From contig JAPDFW010000140.1 in assembly GCA_028826165.1 (NCBI GenBank), positions 1 to 64,000 on the forward strand: a stretch of DNA of 64,000 bases, written 5' to 3'. Made by a program: the position numbers and the translations under genes. Of this stretch, positions 38,337-48,801 are shown in pieces; position 1 is the stretch's first letter; each line of letters begins with the position of its first letter. Source of the stretch: Anaeramoeba ignava BMAN (lineage: Eukaryota > Protista > Anaeramoebae). The notes beneath the pieces are model-generated. The model was not told the origin of the DNA and did not search any database. It worked only from the letters and a program-made list of their open reading frames with translations.

Positions 38337-41208
38337 TCGAAATCATCTTCATCTTCATCATTATCGTTTTCACCTAAAAAATCATCGTTCTTTTTCAAAT
38401 TTTTATTTTGATTTAATTGATTTAATTGATTTAATTGATTTGATTGATTTAATTGATTTGATTGATTTAATTGATTTGATTGATTTGATTGATTTGATTG
38501 ATTTGATTGATTTGATTGATTTGATTGATTTGATTGATTTGATTGATTTGATTGATTTGATTGATTTGATTGATTTGATTGATTTGATTGATTTAATTGA
38601 TTTGATTGATTTGATTGATTTGATTGATAATTGTTTTGGAAATCTTCATTTGATTGATTTGATTGATTTAATTGATTTGATTGATTTGATTGATTTGATT
38701 GATTTAATTGATTTGATTGATTTAATTGATTTGATTGATAATTGTTTTGGAAATCTTCATTTGATTGAATTGGTTCATTTGATTGAATTGGTTGAAAATA
38801 AGGATTTTGAGAATAATTTTGATTTGGTTGAAAATAAGGATTTTGAGTATAATTTTGAATTGGTTGAAAATAAGGATTTTGAGTATAATTTTGATTTTGT
38901 TGAAAATAAGGATTTTGAGAATAATTTTGATTTTGTTGAAAATAAGGATTTTGAGAATAATTTTGGTTTTGTTGAAATTGTTGTTTTGGTTGATTTAACT
39001 GATTTTTTGGATAATTTGCAGAATTAAATGGTTTTAGTTCTGAATTTCCAGATAAAGAAGAATAACCAGATACATTTCCTTTTAAATTTGGAGAATTATG
39101 ATTATTTTGGGATAAAGAAGGATTTTCTTTTAATAATTTCTCAATATCAACTTGTTTTGATTTTGGTCTTAAATCAAAAACTTTAAATTGAGGTTCATCA
39201 GGTTTAACAACAACATGTTTACAAGATTCAAATATTTTGCCTTTAACATGACTTGGAAATTCAAAAAAACCTCTTTTTGTATTTTTTCTCATAAAATCCA
39301 TTCCAATAGAATCTGTTAATCGGAAAATTCCATATTTTGGAGTATATTTTGGTGATATCACTATTGCTATTGCTTCTGTTAACATTAGTTGATATGGAAG
39401 TGTTGTTGTGCAATCTACTGATGATAAAAATGATTCGTATTGTGGATGTGTGTGAATCCATCCTAAACATAAAAGATCATTTGTTGATTGTACTGCAAAT
39501 ATATCTTCTTCGTTAAGTGCTGTGCAAGAATAGCTATTTCCTGTTTGATCAGGGATTCTATTTATTTTTAATTTTGATTTTGAATTTGATTTATTTTGAT
39601 TTTGATTTTGATTTTGATTTTGATTTTGATTTTGATTTTGATTTTGATTTTGATTTTAATTTTGAATTTGAATTTGATTTTGATTTTGATTTTGATTTTG
39701 ATTTTGATATTGATTTTGATTTTGATTATTTTGAATTTGGATTTGATTATTTTGATTTTGATTTTGATTTTGATTTTGATTTATATTTTGATTTTAATTT
39801 TGATTTTGATTTTAATTTTAATTTTAATTTGATTTTGATTTTGATTTTGATTTTAATTTTAATTTTAATTTTAATTTTGATTTTGATTTGAATTTGATTT
39901 TGAATTTGAATTTGATTTTGATTTTGATTTTGATTTTGAATTTTAATTTTGATTTTGATTTAAATTTAAATTTTGAATTTGATTTTGATATTGAATTTGA
40001 TTTTGATTTTAATTTTGATTTTGATTTTGATTTTGATTTTGAATTTGATTTTGAATTTGATTTTGATTTTGATTTTGATTTTGATTTTGATTTTGATTTT
40101 GATTTTGATTTTGAATTTTGATTTTGATTTTGATTTTGATTTTGATTTTGATTTTGATTTTGAATTTGATTTTGATTTTGATTTTGATTTTGATTTTGAT
40201 TTTGATTTTGATTTTGATTTTGATATTGATTTTGATTTTGATTTTGATTTTGATTTTGATTTTGATTTTGAATTTAAATTTTGATTTTGAATTTGATTTT
40301 GATTTTGATTTTGATTTTGATTTTGATTTTGATTTTAATTTTGATTTTGATTTTCATTTAAATTTAAATTTTAATTTTGATTTTGATTTTGATTTTGATT
40401 TTGATTTTGATATTGATTTTGATATTGAATTTGATTTTGATTTTGATTTAAATTGTTACAATAAAGTTGTAATATAAAACTCATTTTGTTTAAGAATTCC
40501 AGATAAAATTCCACAGGTTTCAATATTTTTAGCAAGATCATTAATAGCATAAAGTTTAAAATCATTAATAAGCTTTTCACTAATATGAACTTTTCTAATT
40601 TGATTAAAATTTGGTAATTCTTTTGGAATTGGTTTAAATTCATTTTTTGGTAAAGATTTAGTTTCATTTTGGAGATTTTTAACAGGTTCATTTATTGGAT
40701 TTTGAATTTCTTTTTTTTCATCTTTTTCATCTTTTAATTGATTTTCATCTTTTAATTGATTTTCAAATTGTTTTTGTTGTTCTTGATATTCTTTTGAAAT
40801 TTCTTCTTTAACTTTATTTTCAATTTTGCCTAAACCAGGTTTAAATCTTTCAACTTTTTTAAAAGCCTCTTCTACATTATCTTTGTATTCAAATTTTCTA
40901 TAATCAGGATTTTTTGGGATTTCTCTTAAACCAATTCTTTATAATTGAATTTTTTAATTGAATTTTTTAATTGATTTTTTTTAATTGAATTTTTATAATT
41001 GAATTTTTTAATTAAATTCAAACAATAAAAATCGATAAAGAAATATGTAAGCATAATCATATCTTTTTTCATCAATATAAGATGTGATTTGAGGAATTAA
41101 ATCATCCATAATTTTGAAATAATATTTAAGTTGAAGTCCTTTTGATAATAAATCAATTGAAGCAGCTTTACGAAGATTTTCGATATGATTTTGAATAAAT
41201 TGTTCCAT
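38192..41208 (-). CDS. STAMBP: AMSH/STAMBP-like JAMM deubiquitinase with Q/N-rich C-terminal extension
   Basis: Exons 41208-41024, 40936-40460, 39557-38192; N-terminal MIT/USP8-dimer-like (AYIFLYRFL..EIPKNPDY), NIETCGILSG, LGWIHTHPQYESFLSSVD, YQLMLTEAIAIVISPK..GIFRLTD. Confidence 0.92.
39558..40459. repeat. (GATTTT)n microsatellite filling AMSH intron 2
   Basis: Hexamer run between GT 40459 and AG 39558 on the minus strand. Confidence 0.9.
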
Positions 41209-41218
41209 AAAAAAAAAT

Positions 41219-41259
41219 AAATGAAAAATGAAAAAAAATGAAAAATGAAAAATGAAAAA
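41219..41259 (-). promoter_or_regulatory. Five tandem TCATTT Inr-like motifs upstream of AMSH
   Basis: atgaaaaatgaaaaaaaatgaaaaatgaaaaatgaaaaa, 12-50 nt before the ATG at 41208. Confidence 0.6.
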
Positions 41260-41320
41260 TTTATTGTATCAAAATTTTGGAAAAGAAAAAATGGAATAAA
41301 ATTTTCTTTTGGTTTGCATT

Positions 41321-44300
41321 TCAATCCTTATCACTATCACTATCACTATCACTTTTATCACTTGTATTAGTTTTATCGCTTTTATCGCTTTTATCACTTT
41401 TATCACTATCATTATCATTATCATTTGCATTATCATTATCATTATCATTATCATTATCATTATCATTATCATTATCATTATCATTATCATTTGCATTATC
41501 ATTATCATTTGCATTATCATTATCATTATCATTATCATTATCACTTTTATCACTTTTATCACTTTTATCACTTTTATCACTTTTATCACTATCATTATCA
41601 TTTGCATTATCATTATCATTATCATTATCATTATCATTATCATTATCATTTGCATTATCATTATCATTATCACTTTTATCACTTTTATCACTTTTATCAC
41701 TTTTATCACTTTTATCACTTTTATCACTTTTATCATTATCATTATCATTACCATTATCATTATCATTATCATTATCATTATCATTATCATTATCATTATC
41801 ATTATCATTATCATTATCATTATCATTATCACTATCATTTGCTTTATCACTTTTATCATTATCATTATCATTATCACTTTTATCACTTTTATCACTTTTA
41901 TCACTTTTATCACTTTTATCACTTTTATCACTTTTATCATTATCATTATCATTACCATTATCATTATCATTAGCATTATCATTATCATTATCATTATCAT
42001 TATCACTATCATTATCATTATCATTATCATTATCATTTGCATTATCATTATCATTATCATTATCATTATCATTATCATTATCATTATCATTATCACTTTT
42101 ATCACTTTTATCGCTTTTATCACTTTTATCATTATCATTTGCTTTATCATTATCATTATCATTATCACTTTTATCGCTTTTATCATTATCATTATCATTA
42201 TCATTATCATTATCATTTGCATTATCATTATCATTATCATTTGCATTATCATTATCATTATCTAGTTCAAGTTGATTATCGCTTTTATCGCTTTTATCAT
42301 TATCATTTGCATTATCATTATCAATAGGTTTATTCTCTAAATCTCCATCCTGTTTAATATTTTTTAAATTAATCCCTTTCATTTGATTATATCTTTGTTG
42401 CATTGCTTGTCTTGTCTTCTTTTTCTTCCTGTATCTCCTCACAAAAATAAAAACAGCAAAAAAAGCACCAATAACAACAATAGGAACAATAATTCCAACA
42501 GCAATAGCAACAGAATTTGAGCTTTCACTAGAACTAGAAGAGGGTTGATATGAAGACAAAGTTGTAATTGAAGCGGATGAATTTAACCCAGAAAAATCAC
42601 TGTAACTACAATTTTCATCAGCAGACGAATAAATCAAAATTTCATAAAGTTGATCAGCAACTAAATCTTCAACTGTGGTATTTGTTGATGAATTTGACAG
42701 ACAAACTGATTCGGAATTATAACTCAACGAATACGCCTTTAAACCTTCTGCAAATTCCAATGAATCCCAAGTGCAAATAAAACCACAAATTAAAGCAGAA
42801 CAATTCAAAGAAGTAACATTTCCCAATTTCGATTTTGCTGATATATTTGAACTGACCAATCCCATAAACTCTGTTTGGCAATCGGAATCTGTACATCCTC
42901 TAACTGAGAGATTATACTCAACATTTCCTTCTAAATTGCCTATTTTGGCAAGAACTTCGGTTCCTGTCAAGTTGATTGAGGTGAAATTCTCCCAAACTGA
43001 CTCGCTATTAACAGAAACGGAATAAGAATTTGCTTTTATAATTTTTGTGAAATTCAGTTCAATCTCTTCAACATACGATTTGAAATCAAGAATATTTGGA
43101 GCTGAAAGATTATCAGTTGTAACTGAATTTGTGGAGACAATCCCACAAACATCATCCGAATTACAAGCGGATACATTGATTTCATACTCTTGATTTTGGA
43201 AAAGAACATCAAAAATTTTTCCAGTTGTGATCGACTGATTACTCAATGAATCATCCTTTGAAATAGCGCGATATGAGATGTTGTAGTAAGAAGGAATTGA
43301 GCAATTTTCAGGAGAATCCCAAGTGCAATTAACTTCCAAAACATCCGAAACGGAGCAATTTAAAGATCCGACTTGATCAAAACCAAGATAAGTTGATGAT
43401 TCTGCAATTTCTCCTTGATCATCTCCTTCACAGAGCGCTGTTCTACAAGCCATTATTGAGACTGAGTAATTATTCCCGCACTCCAAGTCTTGAAGAAGAT
43501 AAAACTGTGTTGAATTATCAACAGATTGGTTTGTTGGCTGTTCTGCGTTTTTGAAGTAAGTAAGAAAATAATGATCCAAATTGGGAGTTGTAATAATTTC
43601 AACATTTGGATAATCCCAAGTAATATTGATAGAAAAAACGGATAATTGGATCAAAGCGAGGTTAGATGGCTTGCCGATTCTTGTTGTAATGTTAGCCATC
43701 ACGGAAGGATCACCACAATCACTTGAAAAAGGATCGCATACTTTGATTTGTATTGTATAATTTTTATTCCCAAAAATGTTTCCATAAAGCGAAGAATTTA
43801 TCACTTGATGAAACAGATTTTCTCCCTCTTCGAAAATAGGATCTTGAATGGTGATCCAACCATAGCCGTAATCGATTTTGTAATCAAGAGTTGAACCAGA
43901 TTCAACTTTTTCCCAAAAACACTCAAATTCTGAAAACAATGAAGTGCAGTTAATCAAATTGACTTGAACAAGATTGATTTGTTTTAGTTTGTAAATGTAA
44001 GCGTATCCATCATCAGGAGCACCGACAACAACATAATCAAGTAGCGGGGCAATGCCGAGTTTTTTACCAAAAAATGAGAGTGATTCGGTAAGATTTTGTT
44101 CCACATTCCAATCAGTGCTATTATATCTCCAAAGAGAAGCAGTATCATCACCAGGAACTGAAATCAAACTAATATTTCCTCGAATTTTCGCATTCATTCC
44201 AAAATATGATCCAGAAGTATCATCTAATTTTACATTGAGATCCCAAGAAACTAAGTTGTATTTATAAATATAAACAGCATTATACGGATAAGTACCAACA

Positions 44301-45109
44301 ATTATAAAGTCACCCGAAATAGAAACAGCAGATCCAAAATTAGTTGCATCTGATTCATTCAAAGTTTGTTCAAGATTCCAATATGTTCCGTTGTATCTGT
44401 AAATAAAGGCCAAATAGGTATTATAAGTGCCAACAATCAAAGCATTTCCTGAAATCGAAACATCTTCACCATAACTGTCTGTATTGTTATATAAAACTTG
44501 CTCTTCATTCCAATCTGAACCAGTATAACGGTAAATATATGCTTTTTTTTCAGTATGAGATCCTATCAAAGTAACATTAGAATCCTCGGAAATATCAACA
44601 GAATATCCAAAACCTGGAGCTTTTGTGATGACTTTTTCTTCCTCCCAAATTAATCCAGTATAACGGTAAATAAACGTTTTAGAAGTTCCATCTGAACCAA
44701 CTACAGTGACATTTTTTGAGATGGCAACACTATATCCAAAATTCCCACTAATATTCGCAATATTTTGTTCAAAAGTATAATTTGTTCCGTTATTCCGAAA
44801 AAAATTTACAGCGTGAGCTCCATATTGTCCTATTACAGCTGCTTCTTCTGTGATGCCCACACTGCATCCAAATCCATTTCCACTTGCATTATATAATATT
44901 GTGTATAGTTCCCATTGACTTATTGCATCTTTTATTTCCGTTTTTGTTTCCGTTTTTGTTTCCGTTATTTCCGTTATTTCCGTTTTTGTGTCCGTTTTTG
45001 TGTCCGTTTTTGTGTCCGTTTTTGTGTCCATTTTTGTGTCCATTTTTGTTTCCGTTTTTCCAATTATTATTAAAAATATTAAACTTATTAAAATTATCTG
45101 TTTTTTCAT
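41321..45109 (-). CDS. Type I membrane protein: signal peptide, FG-GAP beta-propeller, multiple FN3 domains, TM helix, DN/DKS low-complexity cytoplasmic tail
   Basis: Intronless 1262 aa; repeats FGYSVAIS, FGSAVSISGDFIIVG, VVVGAP; FN3-like INITWDYP..YSVSIMAC; TM VAIAVGIIVPIVVIGAFFAVFIFV followed by RRYRKKKK. Confidence 0.85.
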   Translation of the reverse strand: MKKQIILISLIFLIIIGKTETKMDTKMDTKTDTKTDTKTDTKTEITEITETKTETKTEIKDAISQWELYTILYNASGNGFGCSVGITEEAAVIGQYGAHAVNFFRNNGTNYTFEQNIANISGNFGYSVAISKNVTVVGSDGTSKTFIYRYTGLIWEEEKVITKAPGFGYSVDISEDSNVTLIGSHTEKKAYIYRYTGSDWNEEQVLYNNTDSYGEDVSISGNALIVGTYNTYLAFIYRYNGTYWNLEQTLNESDATNFGSAVSISGDFIIVGTYPYNAVYIYKYNLVSWDLNVKLDDTSGSYFGMNAKIRGNISLISVPGDDTASLWRYNSTDWNVEQNLTESLSFFGKKLGIAPLLDYVVVGAPDDGYAYIYKLKQINLVQVNLINCTSLFSEFECFWEKVESGSTLDYKIDYGYGWITIQDPIFEEGENLFHQVINSSLYGNIFGNKNYTIQIKVCDPFSSDCGDPSVMANITTRIGKPSNLALIQLSVFSINITWDYPNVEIITTPNLDHYFLTYFKNAEQPTNQSVDNSTQFYLLQDLECGNNYSVSIMACRTALCEGDDQGEIAESSTYLGFDQVGSLNCSVSDVLEVNCTWDSPENCSIPSYYNISYRAISKDDSLSNQSITTGKIFDVLFQNQEYEINVSACNSDDVCGIVSTNSVTTDNLSAPNILDFKSYVEEIELNFTKIIKANSYSVSVNSESVWENFTSINLTGTEVLAKIGNLEGNVEYNLSVRGCTDSDCQTEFMGLVSSNISAKSKLGNVTSLNCSALICGFICTWDSLEFAEGLKAYSLSYNSESVCLSNSSTNTTVEDLVADQLYEILIYSSADENCSYSDFSGLNSSASITTLSSYQPSSSSSESSNSVAIAVGIIVPIVVIGAFFAVFIFVRRYRKKKKTRQAMQQRYNQMKGINLKNIKQDGDLENKPIDNDNANDNDKSDKSDNQLELDNDNDNANDNDNDNANDNDNDNDNDNDKSDKSDNDNDNDKANDNDKSDKSDKSDKSDNDNDNDNDNDNDNDNDNANDNDNDNDNDSDNDNDNDNDNANDNDNGNDNDNDKSDKSDKSDKSDKSDKSDKSDNDNDNDKSDKANDSDNDNDNDNDNDNDNDNDNDNDNDNDNGNDNDNDKSDKSDKSDKSDKSDKSDKSDNDNDNANDNDNDNDNDNDNDNANDNDSDKSDKSDKSDKSDKSDNDNDNDNDNANDNDNANDNDNDNDNDNDNDNDNDNDNANDNDNDSDKSDKSDKSDKTNTSDKSDSDSDSDKD

Positions 45110-45407
45110 TTATTTTTTTTTTGCTTTTTTTTATTTTAATTTAAAATTTAAAAAAAATTTTTTTTTATTTGTAAATTAATCAAAGAATAAAAATGTAAAT
45201 AAATTAAAAATAAATTTTTACAAATTAAACCCAATACAAAAACTGTAATTAAACTGTAATTAAAAAGGAATTAAAAAAGAAAGAAAAATGATTTTTTTTA
45301 TTCCATTTTTTTCTTTTTTTTTTTTTTTAAAACATTTTATTTTTTTTTTTTGATCAAAATTTTTCATTTTTTTTCTACTTTTAAATTCAAATAAAATTCA
45401 AATTAAA

Positions 45408-46493
45408 ATGTTAACAGGACAAGAAATAGCAACTATTATTGGAGCAAGTATTGGATTAGTTGGAGCTTTATTTATTATAATAATATTCATTTATTTCCAT
45501 GAATTAAAAATATTTTATCGAAAATTAATTTTTATACTTTCAGTTTATGATTTAATTAAATCAATAATTTATTTATTACCAGGTCAAAAAAATTCAGTTG
45601 TTTGTGAAATTCAATATTTTTTAATGACTATAATTGTAACTACTACTTCTTATTGGTCTGCTTCTATTTCTTTTATTTCTTTTCTTAAAGTTGTTAAAGG
45701 TTTGGATGATAATTATTTGAATAAATTACAGAAATTTTTACATTTGTTTATGTGGATTCCTGTTATTGTTTTGATTGCAATTGTTTCTTCTTTTAGAGAT
45801 TATGATAAATCAAAAACTTATTGGTATTTTTTTCCTACAAAATCAAAATCATTTGAAAATTATTTAAAAATGAAATTCAAATCAAACAATCAAAATCAAA
45901 ATCAAAATCAAAATCAAAATCAAAATCAAAATCAAAATCAAAATCAAATTCAAATTCAAAATCAAAATCAAAATTAAGGTGCATTTCAACAACTCAAGCT
46001 TTTATAATTGTAATTTATTCAAAAACATAGATTATAAAAATTGAATATAAAAATTAAATTTATCTTTTAGACTTTTTACGCATTTCTTTGGTTTAATTCA
46101 ATTGCTTGTTTAGTTTTTTATATTTTAACAATGAAATTTTTAAGAAAATTTATGAAATTAATTTCATCTCAATTTTCTTCTGAAGAAAAAAATCCAATGA
46201 GTCAAGTTTGGGTTCAAATAAGAATGAGTTTAATTCCATTAATTCAAATTATTATTTTAATTCCAGGAACAATTAGAGTAAAAAAAAATATTAATTTAAA
46301 ATTAATTGATTTATTGATTTATTTATTTATTTAGAGAATTAGAAATATGACAAATCCAAATGCTTCTGAAATTAATTCCCTTAATATTCTTCATTCATTA
46401 ATTGCTTGTTCACAAGGTTTTTGGGATTTTTGGATTTTTATTGTTTTTGATCCTGAAATTCGGAAAAAATTAAAAAGTTGTTGTTCAAATTAA
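45408..46493 (+). CDS. cAMP-receptor-like (Dicty_CAR family) 7TM GPCR
   Basis: Exons 45408-45823, 45979-46009, 46071-46277, 46335-46493; motifs RKLIFILSVYDL, CEIQ, YWCIS, IPGTIRRI, SQGFWDFWIF. Confidence 0.85.
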
Positions 46494-46578
46494 AAAGTTG
46501 TTGTTCAAATTAAAATTCAAATTAAAATTCAAATAAAATGAAATTAATTTTGGTTTTAATTTGGTTTCTAAATTGTTT

Positions 46579-48649
46579 TTAAAAGAAAATCATTAAAAAT
46601 TCCAAAAAACTTAAGAGTAAAATTGAAAAAACTAAACTATGATTTGAAGAAACTTCAGGAATAATTTTCATTTTGACAATTTCACATGTTGTTTCTTGAG
46701 TACCAATATAAGCGAATTCACCAGAAGGATCAATAATTGAACTAATTGGATTAGAATTTGGAGATGAAAGTTGAATTAATTGATAGTCAACAAAAGAATC
46801 CAAACTAACGTTGAAAATCGCAATATTAGTTTCATTTTGTTGATTTTTAAAAGAAGAACAAAAATATCCAAATTTACGATATGAATCAATGAAAATGGTT
46901 GAAATTGGATTTTCAAAACTGATGGAAATATTGGGTTGTTTTATAGAAAAATCTTGCAAAGAAATCTGTGCAAGTTGAATAGGATTGGCCGAGTAAGAGT
47001 AATATATCATATGATTTAAAGTATCAATAGCAAATGATTCAGGATATTCTGATCCTAAATCAATTTGATCAACTTGCTGGAAATTTGAGAGTTGAATTTT
47101 CAAGAGAAAGTAAGAGTTTGAGATTTGAGAAGCAATATAAAGGAAACCTTCTGAGTCGATCAAGGAATCAATGAATCTTGTATTTGAGAAAAAGAGGGTT
47201 GATTGAATAATGAGATCGGGAACGGTAATTTTGAGGATTTGAGAAGAAAGGGTGACAAAATCGCAAACAGAAACATAAAGCAAAAGGTTTTTTGCATCAA
47301 AAGAAGCGGTTGTGATCTGCATGTTTGGAACTAGTTGGACTTCCTGAACAATTGACAAATGGGAGGCGTTAACTTGGAACAAACTTGAGTTGACAGCATT
47401 TTTTGAAGGACAATAAAGAAAACCATTTTGAGTATCAAGAAACAGATCCAAAAGGGATGTATTTGATATTGAGGCGGAAACATATTCAACAAGTGAAAAC
47501 TTTTGGAGATCAAATTTTCCAATTGTTGCATTTGAACTTTCAATGGCCAAAAAGGCAATATTTTGATCTTGATCAATAGCAAACGAGTTGATACCATTGA
47601 ATTCGGGAAAATCAAGTTTATCGAATTGGGTCATTGAAGAGATGTTTATTCTGAATAGCTCAGTGGTTTCGTACGAAGCAACATAAGCCAAATTAGTTAC
47701 GAAATCAATAGCAAAAGTGTCACTGTGTAAATGATCCTCAAAAATAAACGAAGAATCCTTTGTAAAGGATTGCACGTTGATTTTGACAATGGAGGCTGGA
47801 TAGTGACCCAAGAAGTAGATAAACGTGTTTGTCGGATCGAGTAAAGCCTTCCAAGTTGAGAATTCCTTATTGTCACCAGTTATTGAATCAATAATTGAAA
47901 AATTTTTCGCGTCAATTCTCAGGATTATCATCGGCTCTGTAAACGTTCCGACATAGATAAAATCCCCGTTCTTCCCAGCAACAATGATCTCGGGAAGATC
48001 CTGTCCCGATTGCAATGTAAGACTATCTACATAAAGGAACGTTTTGAGGCTTATTCTGGCAATAATTCCTGGGGATGTATCAGTGACAACATAAAAAAAC
48101 CCATTGATTTTATCAATTTCGCAACCATAAGCATAATCAATTCCTGAAGGAAGTGTGACGTTGTTTGATTTGACGAAAGAATGGCAGGAAAATTTTGACA
48201 ATCTGAATAGGGGATGAATGGGAAACAAAGTAAGCAATGTGATAAGTTGTGTCGATCGCCGACGTATAAAAATAGCCTATGTTCCAGTTAAGTACCAATT
48301 TATCCACATATACAAAGTCCTCAATTCTTATCCGTATGATTTCGCCGACTGGGTTCGCAGTTCCGTAGTATATATAGCCCAGTACTGGATCCATCACTGA
48401 TGTCCATATATTTCCTACATCAAGTTCAATAAAGTCAGAAAGATGAAATTCTTCTTCAACGCAGATTTTTAATATAATTCCTGGCGTGCTGTCAGTTGAT
48501 AAATATAAATGATGATAATCATATTGTGATGTCGAAAATCCTGTCAATTTTGGTAATTCATATTCTTCTATTGTTTCCGTTTTTATTTTTAAATCGGAAT
48601 TTAATTGTATCAAAATTATTGTTAAAATTAAAAGCAATTTTTTTTTCAT
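46579..48649 (-). CDS. Secreted, probably GPI-anchored beta-propeller repeat protein (YVTN/WD-like) with one frameshift near 48185
   Basis: Signal peptide MKKKLLLILTIILI; ~44-aa repeats (D..G..Y..T...P..I..I....F..VD) continue across the two overlapping ORFs; hydrophobic C-terminus with no cytoplasmic tail. Confidence 0.75.
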
Positions 48650-48801
48650 TTTTTAAAATTAAAATTAAAAATGAAAAAAAAAAAATTAAATTTTTTATTT
48701 TTTCTCCTTTTTAAATTAATTAAAAAAAAAAACAAAAAAAAAAAGGAGAAAAATTTTATTTTCATTTTTTTTTTCTTGTTTTATTTTATTCTTATTAAAA
48801 A

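Noticed and set aside
41269-42327. Overlapping poly-IM, SL, I and HY ORFs
   Set aside because: Alternative frames and strands of the DN/DKS coding repeat
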